A DNA stretch of 32,000 bases from Phycisphaera mikurensis NBRC 102666 (GCF_000284115.1 NC_017080.1:480001-512000), one strand, 5' to 3'; counted from the first letter of the stretch, positions 1-10,159 are shown. Program-made: numbers and translations. Notes: generated by a model from the sequence alone, not told the origin.

Positions 1-2
1 TC

Positions 3-806
3 TACTACCCGCTCAGCGTGCTGATGCTCGCGGGCGTGCGGGAGGTCATGGTGATCTCCACGCCCACGCACCTCCCGCTCTTCGGGCAGGTCCTCGGCGA
101 CGGCTCCGCGTGGGGCATGCGCTTCCACTTCGTGGAGCAGGCCGAGCCGCGCGGCCTGGCCCAGGCCTTCACGCTGGACCCCGGCTTCCACGGCACCGAG
201 CCGGCCTGCCTGATCCTCGGCGACAACCTCATCTACGGCAGCGGGCTGGCGCGGACGCTGGCGTCCGCGGCCGCCGCCGCCCGGCGGCCCGGCGGCGGGG
301 CGGCGATCTTCGGCTACCCCGTGCGCGACCCGCGGGCCTACGGCGTGGTCGAGGTCGACGGCGGCGGCCGGGCGGTCAGCCTCGAGGAGAAGCCGGCGCG
401 GCCGCGCGGGCACCTCGCGGTGCCGGGGCTCTACTTCTACGACGGCTCCGCGGGCGAGCGGGCCGCGGCGCTGGCGCCCTCTCCGCGCGGCGAGCTGGAG
501 ATCACCGACCTGAACCGCACGTACCTCGACGACGGCTTGCTGAGCGTCGAGCGGTGGGGCCGGGGCATGGCCTGGCTGGACGCGGGCACGCACGAGTCGC
601 TGCTGGAGGCGCAGAACTTCGTGCGGACGGTGGAGCAGCGGCAGGGCACGATGATCGGCTGCCCCGAGGAGATCGCGCTGCGGAGCGGCTGGATCGGCGC
701 GGACGACGTGCTCCGCGTCGCCGACGCGATGGGCGACAACCGCTACGCGTCGTACCTCCGCTGGGTGGCCGGGCCCCGGGACGGACCGGCCGAGGCGTGG
801 GCATGA
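3..806 (+). CDS. rfbA: Glucose-1-phosphate thymidylyltransferase (5' end outside the window)
   Basis: Open frame YYPLSVLMLAGVREVMVISTPTHLPLFGQVLGDGSAWG...EQAEPRGLAQAF...LGDNLIYG...AWLDAGTHESLLEA is the classic RfbA pattern; the frame is open from nt 3. Confidence 0.95.
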   Translation, partial: YYPLSVLMLAGVREVMVISTPTHLPLFGQVLGDGSAWGMRFHFVEQAEPRGLAQAFTLDPGFHGTEPACLILGDNLIYGSGLARTLASAAAAARRPGGGAAIFGYPVRDPRAYGVVEVDGGGRAVSLEEKPARPRGHLAVPGLYFYDGSAGERAAALAPSPRGELEITDLNRTYLDDGLLSVERWGRGMAWLDAGTHESLLEAQNFVRTVEQRQGTMIGCPEEIALRSGWIGADDVLRVADAMGDNRYASYLRWVAGPRDGPAEAWA

Positions 807-831
807 GCCGGCTCCGGGCGAGGCCGAGCCG

Positions 832-1713
832 GTGATGCCCTGGCGCCCCGGCTTCCCGAACCGGCGCAAGCCGCTGGGCTACCTGCGCCTGCTCCGGGCC
901 CGGCACCGCTTCCACGACCGGGTGCGGCCGGGCTTCCGCCCCGGCTCGCCGCGCCCGCGTCTGGTCGACGTGACCGGCGACAAGGCGCGGCTCGCGGCGC
1001 TGCGCGACCGCCACGCCGGCCGGCGCTGCTTCGTCCTCGGCAACGGCCCGAGCCTCGCGGCGATGGACCCGGCGCCGCTGCGCGACGAGGTGACGATCGG
1101 CAGCAACGGCCTCTACACCCGCTTCGCCTCGTGGGGGTTCGCCACCGATTACCTGCTCTTCGAGGACCTCGAGCAGACCGAGCTGCGCGGGCCCGACCTG
1201 CCGGGGATCCGCGGGCCCCTGAAGCTCGCGGGCCTGCACAACGCGTACGCCTTCCGGGCCGACCGCGACACGGTGTTCTTCAACGCCCGGCCCGGCGACC
1301 GCTTCTACTGGGACCACCTCGCGCCGATGTTCAGCCGGGACTTCGCGGAGATCGTCTACCTCAACTCGACCGTGACGACGATCGGGCTGCAGCTGGCCTA
1401 CCACCTCGGCTGCGACCCCGTCGTGCTCTTGGGCGTCGATCACGACTACGGCCGGCTGCCCGCGCTCTTCAAGCCCGGAAAGATCCGCGTCACGGCGGAC
1501 AACCTCGACCTGGTCCGCGGCTGCCACTTCGACCCGGGCTACTACAAGCTCGGCGACCTGATCGGCGTGCCCGACGTCGGGCTGCAGGAGCGGGGCTACC
1601 GGGAGGCCCGGCGGGTCTTCGAGCGGGACGGCCGGCGGGTGCTCAACGCGACCGCGGGCGGGAAGCTGGAGGTTTTCGAGCGTGTGAGCCTCGCGGAGGT
1701 CTGGACCCTGTGA
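832..1713 (+). CDS. DUF115-like / MptE-like Rossmann protein, probably surface polysaccharide related
   Basis: 293 aa with FVLGNGPSL, GSNGLY and VVLLGVDHDYG motifs; GTG-ATG start; sits inside the glycan operon. Confidence 0.65.
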   Translation: MMPWRPGFPNRRKPLGYLRLLRARHRFHDRVRPGFRPGSPRPRLVDVTGDKARLAALRDRHAGRRCFVLGNGPSLAAMDPAPLRDEVTIGSNGLYTRFASWGFATDYLLFEDLEQTELRGPDLPGIRGPLKLAGLHNAYAFRADRDTVFFNARPGDRFYWDHLAPMFSRDFAEIVYLNSTVTTIGLQLAYHLGCDPVVLLGVDHDYGRLPALFKPGKIRVTADNLDLVRGCHFDPGYYKLGDLIGVPDVGLQERGYREARRVFERDGRRVLNATAGGKLEVFERVSLAEVWTL

Positions 1714-2957
1714 ACGGGTCGCGCCCCCCGCGCGTGCTGCTGATCTCGCACGCGGCCGACCGCACCGGTGCGCCCCGCAGCTTGCTGGAGTTGCTCGGGT
1801 TCTTCTGCGTCCACACCGCGTGGGACCTGCGCGTGCTGCTGATCGAGACCGGTCCGCTCGCCCCGGCCTTCGCCGCGCTCGCTCCCACCGAGCTCCTTCA
1901 CCCGCCGCGGACCGCGGGCGGGAAAGCGCGCTCGGCCGCGCGGTCCGCGGCGTGGGCGGCGGGGTCGGGTCACCCGCGGCGGGCTTGGAAGCTGGCGACG
2001 GGCGGGCTCGGGGTCCCGTTGACGCCGGGGGAGCAAGCGGACCGAAGCGCGCACGCCCGGGCGGCCGCCGCGCGGGCGCGGGCGTGGGCGCCCGATCTCC
2101 TGTACGCGAACACGGCGGCCACGTGGCCGGCGGTGCGGCGGCTGCTGCCGCCGCAGGCCGCGGGCCGGCTGCTCGTTCACGTGCGCGAGCTCGCCTCCAC
2201 GCTCGACCGCCTCGGCGGCGCCGCGGAGCTGCTGGCGCGGGCCGATCGGGTGCTCGCCGTGTCGCCGCCGGTGCGGGCGCTGCTGGCCGGGGCGTGGGGC
2301 GTGCCGGCGGCGAAGCTCGGCGAGGGACCCGTGGCGCTGCACGACGAGGCCTTCGCGGCGGCCGAGCCCGACGCGGCGGCCTGGCCCGCCGGCGTCGGGC
2401 CACGCGTGCTGATGCTCGGCTCGGCCACCCGCCGCAAGGGGGCCGACCTCTTCGCCGCCGCGGCGGCGGCGCCCGGGTGGCCCGCGGGCACCCGCTTCCT
2501 CTGGGTGGGCGACGGGCCCGAGGCGGCGTCGCTCCGCCGCGCCGGCGGCCGGATCCGCTGGGAGGCCGCCCGCGCCGACCCGCGCCCGCTGCTCGCCGCG
2601 GCCGACCTGCTGCTGCTGAGCTCGCGCGACGACCCGTCGCCCCGCGTCGTGCCCGAGGCCGCCGCCCGGGGCGTGCCGGCCGCCTGCTTCGCGGCCTCGG
2701 GCGGGGCGGCCGGCTTCGTCGCGCCCCCCGGCGAGCCTCCCGCGGGCGTGGCGGTGCCGGCCGGGTTCGACCCGGCCGAGCTCGCCGCCGCCGCTGGCGG
2801 GCTACTCGGCGACCCGCCGGCGCTGGCCGCCGCCGGGGTCGCCGCGCGGTCCCGGGCGGATTCGGTCCGCCTCGGCGTCGTCGGCCCGCGGATCGTCGCC
2901 GAGGTGGAGGCGCTGCTGCCCCCGGTCCGCGGCCGCGTCGGAGGGGCGCGATCATGA
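1710..2957 (+). CDS. Glycosyltransferase (GT4/GT1-like)
   Basis: In-frame GTG at 1710 overlaps the previous stop; PRVLLISHAADRTGAPRSLLELL N-terminus and a C-terminal FLWVGDGPEAASLR...RDDPSPRVVPEAAARGVP donor-binding pattern. Confidence 0.85.
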   Translation: MNGSRPPRVLLISHAADRTGAPRSLLELLGFFCVHTAWDLRVLLIETGPLAPAFAALAPTELLHPPRTAGGKARSAARSAAWAAGSGHPRRAWKLATGGLGVPLTPGEQADRSAHARAAAARARAWAPDLLYANTAATWPAVRRLLPPQAAGRLLVHVRELASTLDRLGGAAELLARADRVLAVSPPVRALLAGAWGVPAAKLGEGPVALHDEAFAAAEPDAAAWPAGVGPRVLMLGSATRRKGADLFAAAAAAPGWPAGTRFLWVGDGPEAASLRRAGGRIRWEAARADPRPLLAAADLLLLSSRDDPSPRVVPEAAARGVPAACFAASGGAAGFVAPPGEPPAGVAVPAGFDPAELAAAAGGLLGDPPALAAAGVAARSRADSVRLGVVGPRIVAEVEALLPPVRGRVGGARS

Positions 2958-3829
2958 GCCTGCCCACGCCCCCGCTGCGCTCGGCCTGGGATCGCCTCTC
3001 CGACCCGCCCCGCGTGTCGGTGGTGATGACCAGCTTCAACTACGGCCGGTTCGTGGAGGAAGCGATCCGCAGCGTCGCGCAGCAGACCCGCCTCCCCGAC
3101 GAGCTGCTCGTCGTCGACGACGGCTCCAGCGACGACTCGGTCGCGCGGATCCATGCCCTGCTCCCGACGCTGCCCTTCGCCACCCGCTTCGAGGCGACGC
3201 CCAACCGCGGCCAGGCCGCCGCGATCAACCTCGCCTGCTCCTGGGCGACGGGTGGCGTCGTGGCCTTCCTCGACAGCGACGACCTCTGGGCCCCGACGAA
3301 GCTCGAGCGGATGCTCTCGCTCATGGCCGGTCAGCCCGGCGCCGCCGTCTACCAGCACAACCTCGCCGACGGCCGCGGCGGCTTGAAGCGGCCGGTCGTC
3401 GTCTCCGGCGACCCGCAGCTGCACTGGGAGGCGCTCGGCTTCGTGAACCTGGCGACCCACGCGAGCCTGCACGACCTCTTCCTGCCGACCTCGGGTTTGG
3501 TCCTCGAACGCAGCGTGCTCGACCGCGTGCTCCCCGTTCCCGAGGCGCTGATCACCTGCCCCGACGCCTACCTCACCCGCTGCGCCCTGCGCTTCGGCCC
3601 GCTGGTCTCCTCGGCCGAGGTGCTGGGCACCTGGCGCGACCACGGCGGCAACGCCGGCCGCGGCGACCGCTTCGGCCGCCGGAGGTTCTGGCTCCCCGTG
3701 ATCGCTCCCGCGATCAACGCCTTCCACCGGCGGCACGGCAGCCCCGTCCGCTTCGGCGAGGACCGGCTCGCCGCTTGGGCGGGTCGGCTCGGGTTCGACG
3801 CAATCAAGGAGCGGCGACGCCGTGGCTGA
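2954..3829 (+). CDS. Glycosyltransferase family 2
   Basis: ATG at 2954 in ATGA overlap with the upstream stop; RVSVVMTSFNYGRFVEEAIRSVAQQTRLPDELLVVDDGSSDDS and FLDSDDLW motifs. Confidence 0.92.
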   Translation: MSLPTPPLRSAWDRLSDPPRVSVVMTSFNYGRFVEEAIRSVAQQTRLPDELLVVDDGSSDDSVARIHALLPTLPFATRFEATPNRGQAAAINLACSWATGGVVAFLDSDDLWAPTKLERMLSLMAGQPGAAVYQHNLADGRGGLKRPVVVSGDPQLHWEALGFVNLATHASLHDLFLPTSGLVLERSVLDRVLPVPEALITCPDAYLTRCALRFGPLVSSAEVLGTWRDHGGNAGRGDRFGRRRFWLPVIAPAINAFHRRHGSPVRFGEDRLAAWAGRLGFDAIKERRRRG

Positions 3830-5327
3830 GCACGCGCCGCCCCCGCCCGCAACCCCGCCGGCTTCGACGAGCCGCCGCTTCGCGAACCCGCTGCTCGAGC
3901 ACGTGCTCGGCGCCTGGACCGCCGACGGCCGGCCGAGCTGGCGGGTGCGGGCGCGGCGGGCGGCGGGGCGGTTGAAGCGGGGCGGCGGCGGCCTGACGCA
4001 GGGGCTCCGCTCCGCGGTCGTCGACCACCCCGTGGTGGCGGGACGCCGGCGCGACGCCGGGCCGCGGGTCGTCTGGTTCAGCTACCTCAACGCGGCGCGG
4101 GACCCGCACCGCGTCGCGTTCCTCGCGGGGCTGGCCGCGGCGCTGGAAGCGGCGGGTTCGACGCTCGACGTCCGCTACCAGGACTTCGGCGGCGCTCCGC
4201 CGCCGGCGGCTCTCGGCCGGGGTTGCCGGCTCCGGCCGGTGCGTCTGCTCGGGGCCGAGCTCCCGCCGGGCGGCCGGCCGCCGCGTCGGGCGGTGGCCGC
4301 GGGTCTCGCCGCCGCCGGCGGGGGGCTGCGGCTGCGGGCCGCGGCGCGGGCCTTCTCCGCCACGAAGCGCCTCCCGCGGCGGGCCGGGCTGGAGCGCGCC
4401 GCGTACGTGGCGTGGTCGGCCGGCCGCGCGCTGGGCGGACCGGCCGACGCGGCGGTCGTCTGGAACCAGTTCTCCGCCGTCTCCCGCGCGGTGGTCGCCG
4501 TTTGCGAGCGACGCGGCGTGCCGGTGCGCTACGCGCACGAGGGCGTGCTCCCGGGCTCGCTGGTGATCGAGGCCGGCGGCCAGATGGCCGACAGCCCGCT
4601 GGCGCAACAGGCCGCCGACCCGCCGCCGGTGACCGACGCGGAGCTCGCCGCGACGCGCGCGTACCTCGTCCGCGTCGCCGCCGCCCGCACCAGCCGCAAG
4701 CCGCCGGAGCAAGCCGCCGACGCGGCGGCCCTCGACGGCCTCGAGGGACCGGTCCTCTTCTACGCCGGCCAGAACGACGAGGCCGCCGGCTTCTGGCCGC
4801 GCTCCCTGCCGCGGGCGCGCCACCACAGCCCCTCCTTCGCGAGCACCGAGGACGCGCTTGCCGCGCTGCAGGAGGTCGCCCGCGTGCGGCGCTTCACCGT
4901 GCTCTTCAAGCCGCACCCGAGCCGACGCGAGCGGCACGGCGACCGCCCGCTGGGGGGTGTGCTCGACCCCGCCGTCACCCGCTACGCCCCCGGAGCGGAC
5001 GTCTTCGGCTGCATCGACCGAGCCGACGCGGTCGCGACGATCGTGAGCCAGGTCGCGTACCTCGCGCTGATCCGGGCGACGCCGGTGCTGCTGCTCGGCC
5101 GGATGCCGCTCACCGGCTGGGGCTGCTGCACCGAGCTCGCCGCACGCGACCGCCTGCCCGCCGCCGTCGGCGCCGCGCTCGCCGGCGGCCCGGCCGGTGC
5201 CGATGCCGCCTTCCTCCGCCACTGCACCGTCGCCCGCACGCGGCACCTGCTGCCTTACGACCCCGCCGTCGCCGGGCACTTCCCCCGCACCCTCGCCGAG
5301 GCCGCGGCCGATCTCGCTTCCGCCTGA
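3822..5327 (+). CDS. Capsule/surface carbohydrate biosynthesis-like protein
   Basis: 501 aa, GTG start overlapping the previous gene; VLFYAGQNDEAAGF...FTVLFKPHPSRRER...DAVATIVSQVAYLALIRATPVLLLGR resembles capsule-synthesis/CDP-glycerol-transferase-like folds. Confidence 0.5.
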   Translation: MAEHAPPPPATPPASTSRRFANPLLEHVLGAWTADGRPSWRVRARRAAGRLKRGGGGLTQGLRSAVVDHPVVAGRRRDAGPRVVWFSYLNAARDPHRVAFLAGLAAALEAAGSTLDVRYQDFGGAPPPAALGRGCRLRPVRLLGAELPPGGRPPRRAVAAGLAAAGGGLRLRAAARAFSATKRLPRRAGLERAAYVAWSAGRALGGPADAAVVWNQFSAVSRAVVAVCERRGVPVRYAHEGVLPGSLVIEAGGQMADSPLAQQAADPPPVTDAELAATRAYLVRVAAARTSRKPPEQAADAAALDGLEGPVLFYAGQNDEAAGFWPRSLPRARHHSPSFASTEDALAALQEVARVRRFTVLFKPHPSRRERHGDRPLGGVLDPAVTRYAPGADVFGCIDRADAVATIVSQVAYLALIRATPVLLLGRMPLTGWGCCTELAARDRLPAAVGAALAGGPAGADAAFLRHCTVARTRHLLPYDPAVAGHFPRTLAEAAADLASA

Positions 5328-5328
5328 A

Positions 5329-5376
5329 GCCGCGGACCGCGGTGCTTCCAGGGCGAAACGCCCCGCGGTCCGCGGC
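5329..5376. terminator. Long GC-rich hairpin after the glycan gene, possible terminator or REP-like element
   Basis: Perfect 14-bp inverted repeat GCCGCGGACCGCGG / CCGCGGTCCGCGGC with inner GGGCG-AAA-CGCCC hairpin, starting directly after the stop codon at 5325-5327. Confidence 0.55.
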
Positions 5377-5395
5377 GTCCTGCGATCCTCTCGCC

Positions 5396-6232
5396 ATGCC
5401 GCCCGCCGCCCCCCGCGTCCTCGCCGTTCTGCCCGCCCGCTTCGCCTCCACGCGGTTCCCCGGGAAGCCGCTGGCGGACGACACCGGGAAGCCGCTGATC
5501 CGGCACGTCGTCGAGCGGGTGGCGGAGGCGCGGAGCGTGCACCGCGTGGTCGTCGCCACCGACGACGAACGCATCCGCGAGGCGGTCGGGGCCTTCGGCG
5601 CCGAGGCCGTCATGACCGGCGAACACGACAACGGGACCTCACGGATCGCCGAGGCCGTGGACGCCCTGGAAGCCGGCGGTGGGGAGCCCTTCGACGTCGT
5701 GCTCAACGTGCAGGGCGACGAGCCCGAGGTGCCGGCCGCCACCATCGACGCGCTCGTTATGGGGCTGATCGCCCGACCCGACGCCGACATGGCCACGCTC
5801 GCCAGCGTGTTCGAGCCCGGCGAAGACCCGGCCAACACGAACATCGTGAAGCTCGTCGCCGACCGCCGCGGGTTCGCGATGTACTTCTCCCGCAGCCTCG
5901 TGCCCTTTGACCGCGACGCCGAACGCCTCGGCCGCCGCCCCGGCATGACCGATCCGGCCCGGGGTGGCGGGAGCCACCCCGGCTGGACGCTGCCCGGGCC
6001 CGGCCCCTTCAAGCACCCCGGCCTGTACGCCTACCGCCGCGCCTTCCTCCGCACCTACGCGTCGCTCCCGCCGGCCCCGCTCGAGGAAACCGAGAAGCTC
6101 GAGCAGCTGCGCGTGCTCGAGCACGGCCACCGCATCGCCGTGGTCCTCGCCGCCGCCCCGCACCCCGGCATCGACACGCCCGAGCAGTACGACGACTTCG
6201 TGAAGCGTTGGACCGCCGCGAATCCCGCTTGA
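5396..6232 (+). CDS. kdsB: 3-deoxy-manno-octulosonate cytidylyltransferase (CMP-KDO synthetase)
   Basis: VLAVLPARFASTRFPGKPLADDTGKPLIRHVVERV...VVVATDDERI...NVQGDEPEVP...KHPGLYAYRRAFL...LEETEKLEQLRVLEHGHRI. Confidence 0.95.
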   Translation: MPPAAPRVLAVLPARFASTRFPGKPLADDTGKPLIRHVVERVAEARSVHRVVVATDDERIREAVGAFGAEAVMTGEHDNGTSRIAEAVDALEAGGGEPFDVVLNVQGDEPEVPAATIDALVMGLIARPDADMATLASVFEPGEDPANTNIVKLVADRRGFAMYFSRSLVPFDRDAERLGRRPGMTDPARGGGSHPGWTLPGPGPFKHPGLYAYRRAFLRTYASLPPAPLEETEKLEQLRVLEHGHRIAVVLAAAPHPGIDTPEQYDDFVKRWTAANPA

Positions 6233-6266
6233 GCGTCCGCCGTTTCGCCCCGCGACACCGGCTCGG

Positions 6267-7316
6267 TCAGCGTTCCAGCGCCCGCCCCGGGTGCCCCGCC
6301 GGCAGGTCCTCGCGGACCTCGGCGGGCCAGTCTTCCGCCTGCCAGCCCCGCGTGACCCGCACCGGGCGCGTCCGCCCGGCGGCCCGCGGCGACCAGTGGG
6401 CGGGCGTCAGCTCGGCGATGCCCGCCGCGGCGGGCCCGGTGCCGCTCCCGTCGCGAGCGACCGAGAGGGCGATCATCTCCCAGGCGTGGACGTCGCGGTT
6501 CAGCGGGAAGGTGACCGTCTCCAGGAAGCGGGTCGGCCAGCGGAGGCCGCCGCGGCGGATCCAGTCGGCGAAGACCACGTCGGCGACGGCGCCCCCGGTG
6601 CCCGAGAAGCCGTCGAGTGAGAAACGCACCCGGCGGAGCAGGCCGTCGTCCCGGCCGACCGCCACCAGCACGCGGTCCTCCTCGGAGAGCCCGAAGCCCG
6701 GCCGGATCCGCACGAGCACCTGCTCGCAGGCCACGCCGCCGACCTCGGCCCGCTCCGCGGGCGCGTAGGCCGTCTCCGCGTCGGCGCGGGCGTCCCGCTC
6801 CAGGAAGAAGAAAGGCCCGGTCAGGAACATGCGGTACGCCTCGGCGACCAGCGCCGAGGACTCGGTGACCGCCCGCGCCTCGGGGTGCGGCGCCACCGGC
6901 TCGCCGTCGCGGCCGCGGTAGGCGATGCCGACCGGGACCTCGCGGCCTTGCCAGCGCACCCACTTGGTGCCGGCCTCGCCGTCGTGCCGCTGCCCCACCA
7001 CCGGGTGCGGCAGCGGCTCACCGTCGGCGTCGCGGAAGACGTACCGCTCGCGGCTGACCTGCCGGAAGCCCCGGTCCACCAGCACCGGCTGGAAGCGGTG
7101 GATCCCGCCGAGCCACTCGCCGGCGAAGCCCACCGCCACGCCGTCCACCCGCTCGTACGCGTCGAGCCCCCCGTGGGCCTCCGCCGACCGCTCCAGCACC
7201 GCCTTCGCGGCCGGGTCCGACGCCGCCGCCCCGGGGAACGCGGGCAGCGGGTTCCGGCAGCCGCAGGCTGCGACCAGCGACACGAACAGGAGGATCCGCG
7301 GGAGGAGCATCGGCAT
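6267..7316 (-). CDS. Hypothetical lipoprotein
   Basis: 349 aa, lipobox-like signal LLFVSLVAAC; no recognised catalytic domain. Confidence 0.7.
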   Translation of the reverse strand: MPMLLPRILLFVSLVAACGCRNPLPAFPGAAASDPAAKAVLERSAEAHGGLDAYERVDGVAVGFAGEWLGGIHRFQPVLVDRGFRQVSRERYVFRDADGEPLPHPVVGQRHDGEAGTKWVRWQGREVPVGIAYRGRDGEPVAPHPEARAVTESSALVAEAYRMFLTGPFFFLERDARADAETAYAPAERAEVGGVACEQVLVRIRPGFGLSEEDRVLVAVGRDDGLLRRVRFSLDGFSGTGGAVADVVFADWIRRGGLRWPTRFLETVTFPLNRDVHAWEMIALSVARDGSGTGPAAAGIAELTPAHWSPRAAGRTRPVRVTRGWQAEDWPAEVREDLPAGHPGRALER

Positions 7317-7337
7317 CGCGCGAGCGTACGGGTATGC

Positions 7338-8813
7338 CTATGACGCCGGGACCACCCGGAAGACCCGGCCGGGCTTCTCGGCGGCGATCCACAGGGCGCC
7401 GTCGGGGCCGGTGGCCACGTCGCGGAGGCGGCCGATGCCGCGGAGCAGGACCTCCTGCTCCGCGACGCTGCGGCCGTCCTTGGACAGCCGGATGCGGTGC
7501 AGCTCCTGCTTCACGAGCGAGGTGACGAAGAGGTCGCCCCGCCAGCCCGGGAAGGCGTCGGCGTCGTAGAAGGCGGCGCCGCAGGGGGCGATGCTGGGCG
7601 TCCACGTGAAGACCGGCTCGGTCTCGCCGGCCTCGGCGTGCCACGGCGCGTTTCTGCCGCGGGGCGTGCCGTTGTAGTTGATGCTGTAGCTGTACCGGCT
7701 CCAGCCGTAGCTTCGGCCCGGCTCGATGAGGTTGATCTCGTCGCCGCCGCGGGGGCCGTGCTCGATGCCGTAGAGCCGGCCGGAGCCGGGCTGGAAGAGG
7801 AGCGCCTGCGGGTTGCGGTGGCCGAGCGTCCACAACCCGCGGACCGCGGCGGGATCGTCGGCGAAGGGCTGGCCGTCCGCGGGCACCGAGCCGTCCTCGT
7901 CGAGGCGCAGGACCTTGCCGAAGGCGGTGTCGGTTTCCAGCGACAGCTCGTTGCGGCCGCGCTCGCCGAGCGCGACGAAGACGTGGCCGTCGCCGTCGAA
8001 GGCGAAGCGGCTGCCGAAGTGGACGCCCTGCGGGCCGTCGTCTGCCTCGTCGGGGCGGTGGACGAGCTGCTGGTCTTCCCACCGAAGGCCGCCGCTGCCG
8101 TCGCCGGCGATCCGCCCGCGCACGAAGGCGGTGTTGCCGACCGCTCGTCCGTCCCGCTCGCCCGAGGAGGTGCTGAAGGAGAGGTAGACCCAGCCGTTGT
8201 CGCGGTACGCCGGGTCGAGCGCGACGTCGAGCAGGCCGCCCTGGCCGTGCTCCCAGACCCGGGGTGTGCCCGCGACCCGCACCGCGTCGCCGCCGCCCGC
8301 CGGCACGACGAGCAGGGCCCCCGCCCGCTCGGTCAGCAGCACGCGGCCGTCGGGCAGGAAGTCGATCGCCCACGGCCGCTCGAGGGTCGCGGCGTTCACC
8401 GGCACCTCCTCCAGCCGGAACGTCGCCCGGTCGGTCGCGTAGACGCCGGTGCCCTCCTTCACGCCGCCGGTGCCGGGCTTCGCCACCGCCGCGGGGTTCT
8501 CCGCCCGCTCCGCGTCCTCGCGCAGCTCACGCAGGTAGACCACCTGCGACCAGATCTCCGCCGGCGTGAGCGCCCCGCCGTAGGCCGGCATGCCCAGGTG
8601 CTTGAGCCCGTCGTCGATCGAGGCGTAGAGCCCGCGGTCGGTGCCGTCGGTTTCCCAGTCGTCGTCGAGCAGCGACGAGGCGCTGTTGCCGGCGCCGTCG
8701 GCCCCGTGGCAGGAGGCGCAGTTCTGCTCCCAGATCTTCGCCGCCGTGGACTGGGCCGCGGCGGGCGTGGCGGCGAGCAGGAGCGCGGACGCGGCGGCGG
8801 GGAGGCGAAGCAT
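7338..8813 (-). CDS. PQQ-dependent sugar dehydrogenase (GSDH-like beta-propeller) with N-terminal cytochrome c domain
   Basis: Signal peptide, CASCH haem motif near the N-terminus, then RPWAIDFLPDGRVLLTERAG...LLDVALDP...WRDQQ-like...GPQGVHFG...YGIEHGPRGGDEINLIEPGRSYGW. Confidence 0.9.
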   Translation of the reverse strand: MLRLPAAASALLLAATPAAAQSTAAKIWEQNCASCHGADGAGNSASSLLDDDWETDGTDRGLYASIDDGLKHLGMPAYGGALTPAEIWSQVVYLRELREDAERAENPAAVAKPGTGGVKEGTGVYATDRATFRLEEVPVNAATLERPWAIDFLPDGRVLLTERAGALLVVPAGGGDAVRVAGTPRVWEHGQGGLLDVALDPAYRDNGWVYLSFSTSSGERDGRAVGNTAFVRGRIAGDGSGGLRWEDQQLVHRPDEADDGPQGVHFGSRFAFDGDGHVFVALGERGRNELSLETDTAFGKVLRLDEDGSVPADGQPFADDPAAVRGLWTLGHRNPQALLFQPGSGRLYGIEHGPRGGDEINLIEPGRSYGWSRYSYSINYNGTPRGRNAPWHAEAGETEPVFTWTPSIAPCGAAFYDADAFPGWRGDLFVTSLVKQELHRIRLSKDGRSVAEQEVLLRGIGRLRDVATGPDGALWIAAEKPGRVFRVVPAS

Positions 8814-9001
8814 CCCCGAGCGTAGAGCCCCCGGGCGGCACGCGACCGCCGCGTCGCGTGCTCGATCGAGCGACGCCGGCCGGACGCCGGAGCCGCCGCC
8901 CGGCGGCGGCCGGGAAGCGGAGGCAGTCCTCCCGCCGGGCCGGGGCGTGCCGGCGAAGGGGAGCGCGGGGCGGAGCCAAGGCTCCGTCCTAGCTTCCGCC
9001 C

Positions 9002-10159
9002 ATGAACGCCGCGGCAGCGCCCGAGCCCCGTGCCGCCGACGCGCCGCCGCGGCGTCGCCGCCGCCGGCGCTGGCCCTGGATCCTGCTGTTCGTGCTCCTG
9101 CTCGCCGGCGTCGGCGGTCGCCTGGCCCTGGAGCCGGGGCTGCGGTGGTACGTGAACCGCACGCTCGACCGCGACCCCGGCTTCGACGGCCGCATCGACG
9201 GCATCTCGATCGCCCTCTGGCGCGGGGCGTACCGCGTGGAGGGCGTGCGGCTGGACAAGACGGCGGCGGGCATCCGCGAGCCGCTGCTGACGCTCGACGC
9301 GCTGGACCTCTCGCTGCAGTGGGGGGCGTTGCTCAAGGGGGCGGTGGTCGGGGAGGTCGAGCTGGTCCGGCCGGTGGTCACCTTCGTCGACGGGGGCGAG
9401 GGCGGCGAGAGCCAGAGCGGGGCGGGCGGGCCGTGGCTGGGCGTGCTGAGCGACCTGCTCCCCTTCCAGATCAACCGCGTCGGGGTCCGCGACGGGACGC
9501 TGCGCCTGCGGAGCGAGCGCGGGGCGGCGCCGCTGGAGGCGGAGATCACCGCGCTGGAGGCGACTGTGAGCGACCTCACCAACGTGGACCGCTCGACGGA
9601 GGTGCTGGTCACCAAGCTCGACGCCACCTGCCGCGTCATGGGCTCCGGCGAGGTCGAGCTGCACGGGGCGCTCGACCCCTTCAGCTGGAAGCCGACCTTC
9701 GAGCTGCGGATGCGGATGCTCGGCCTGGACGTCACCGAAGTGAACGGCCTGGCCCGGGTGTACGGCGGGTTGGACTTCAACGCCGGCCGCTTCGATCTGA
9801 CCCTCGAGGCGAGCGCGGAGCAGGGGCTCATCGAGGGCACGGTGCAGCCGCTGTTCCGCGGGCTCGACGTGTTCTCGCTCTCCCAGGACGCGGCGGACGG
9901 CGACCCGCTCAACGCGGCCTACCAGGCGCTGGTCGGCTCGGTGGCGGAGCTGCTGGAGAACCAGGAGCGCGACCAGTTCGGCACCCGCGTGGCCTTCGAG
10001 GCGAGCAGCGAAGGGCTGGGGTTGAACGTGCTCGAGGTGGTCGGCAACGTGCTCTACAACGCATTCGTACAGGCTTTCCTGCCCGAGCTCCGCGCCCAGA
10101 GCGGCGGCGGCTTCCGCTTCACGCCGCAGCCCGTGGCGGAGGCGCCGGCGCAGCGCTAG
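9002..10159 (+). CDS. AsmA/DUF748-like membrane-anchored protein
   Basis: Single N-terminal TM (WPWILLFVLLLAGV) and RIDGISIALWRGAYRVEGVRLDK... typical of DUF748/AsmA-like proteins. Confidence 0.65.
   Translation: MNAAAAPEPRAADAPPRRRRRRRWPWILLFVLLLAGVGGRLALEPGLRWYVNRTLDRDPGFDGRIDGISIALWRGAYRVEGVRLDKTAAGIREPLLTLDALDLSLQWGALLKGAVVGEVELVRPVVTFVDGGEGGESQSGAGGPWLGVLSDLLPFQINRVGVRDGTLRLRSERGAAPLEAEITALEATVSDLTNVDRSTEVLVTKLDATCRVMGSGEVELHGALDPFSWKPTFELRMRMLGLDVTEVNGLARVYGGLDFNAGRFDLTLEASAEQGLIEGTVQPLFRGLDVFSLSQDAADGDPLNAAYQALVGSVAELLENQERDQFGTRVAFEASSEGLGLNVLEVVGNVLYNAFVQAFLPELRAQSGGGFRFTPQPVAEAPAQR

Noticed and set aside
502-3039. Very long ORFs on the opposite or other frames of recognised genes (e.g. 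502..3039 -, 10673..13156 -, 17528..22150 -, 25206..28088 -, 25679..29749 +)
   Set aside because: Low-complexity Arg/Pro/Ala/Gly translations overlapping confident genes; typical high-GC shadow ORFs.
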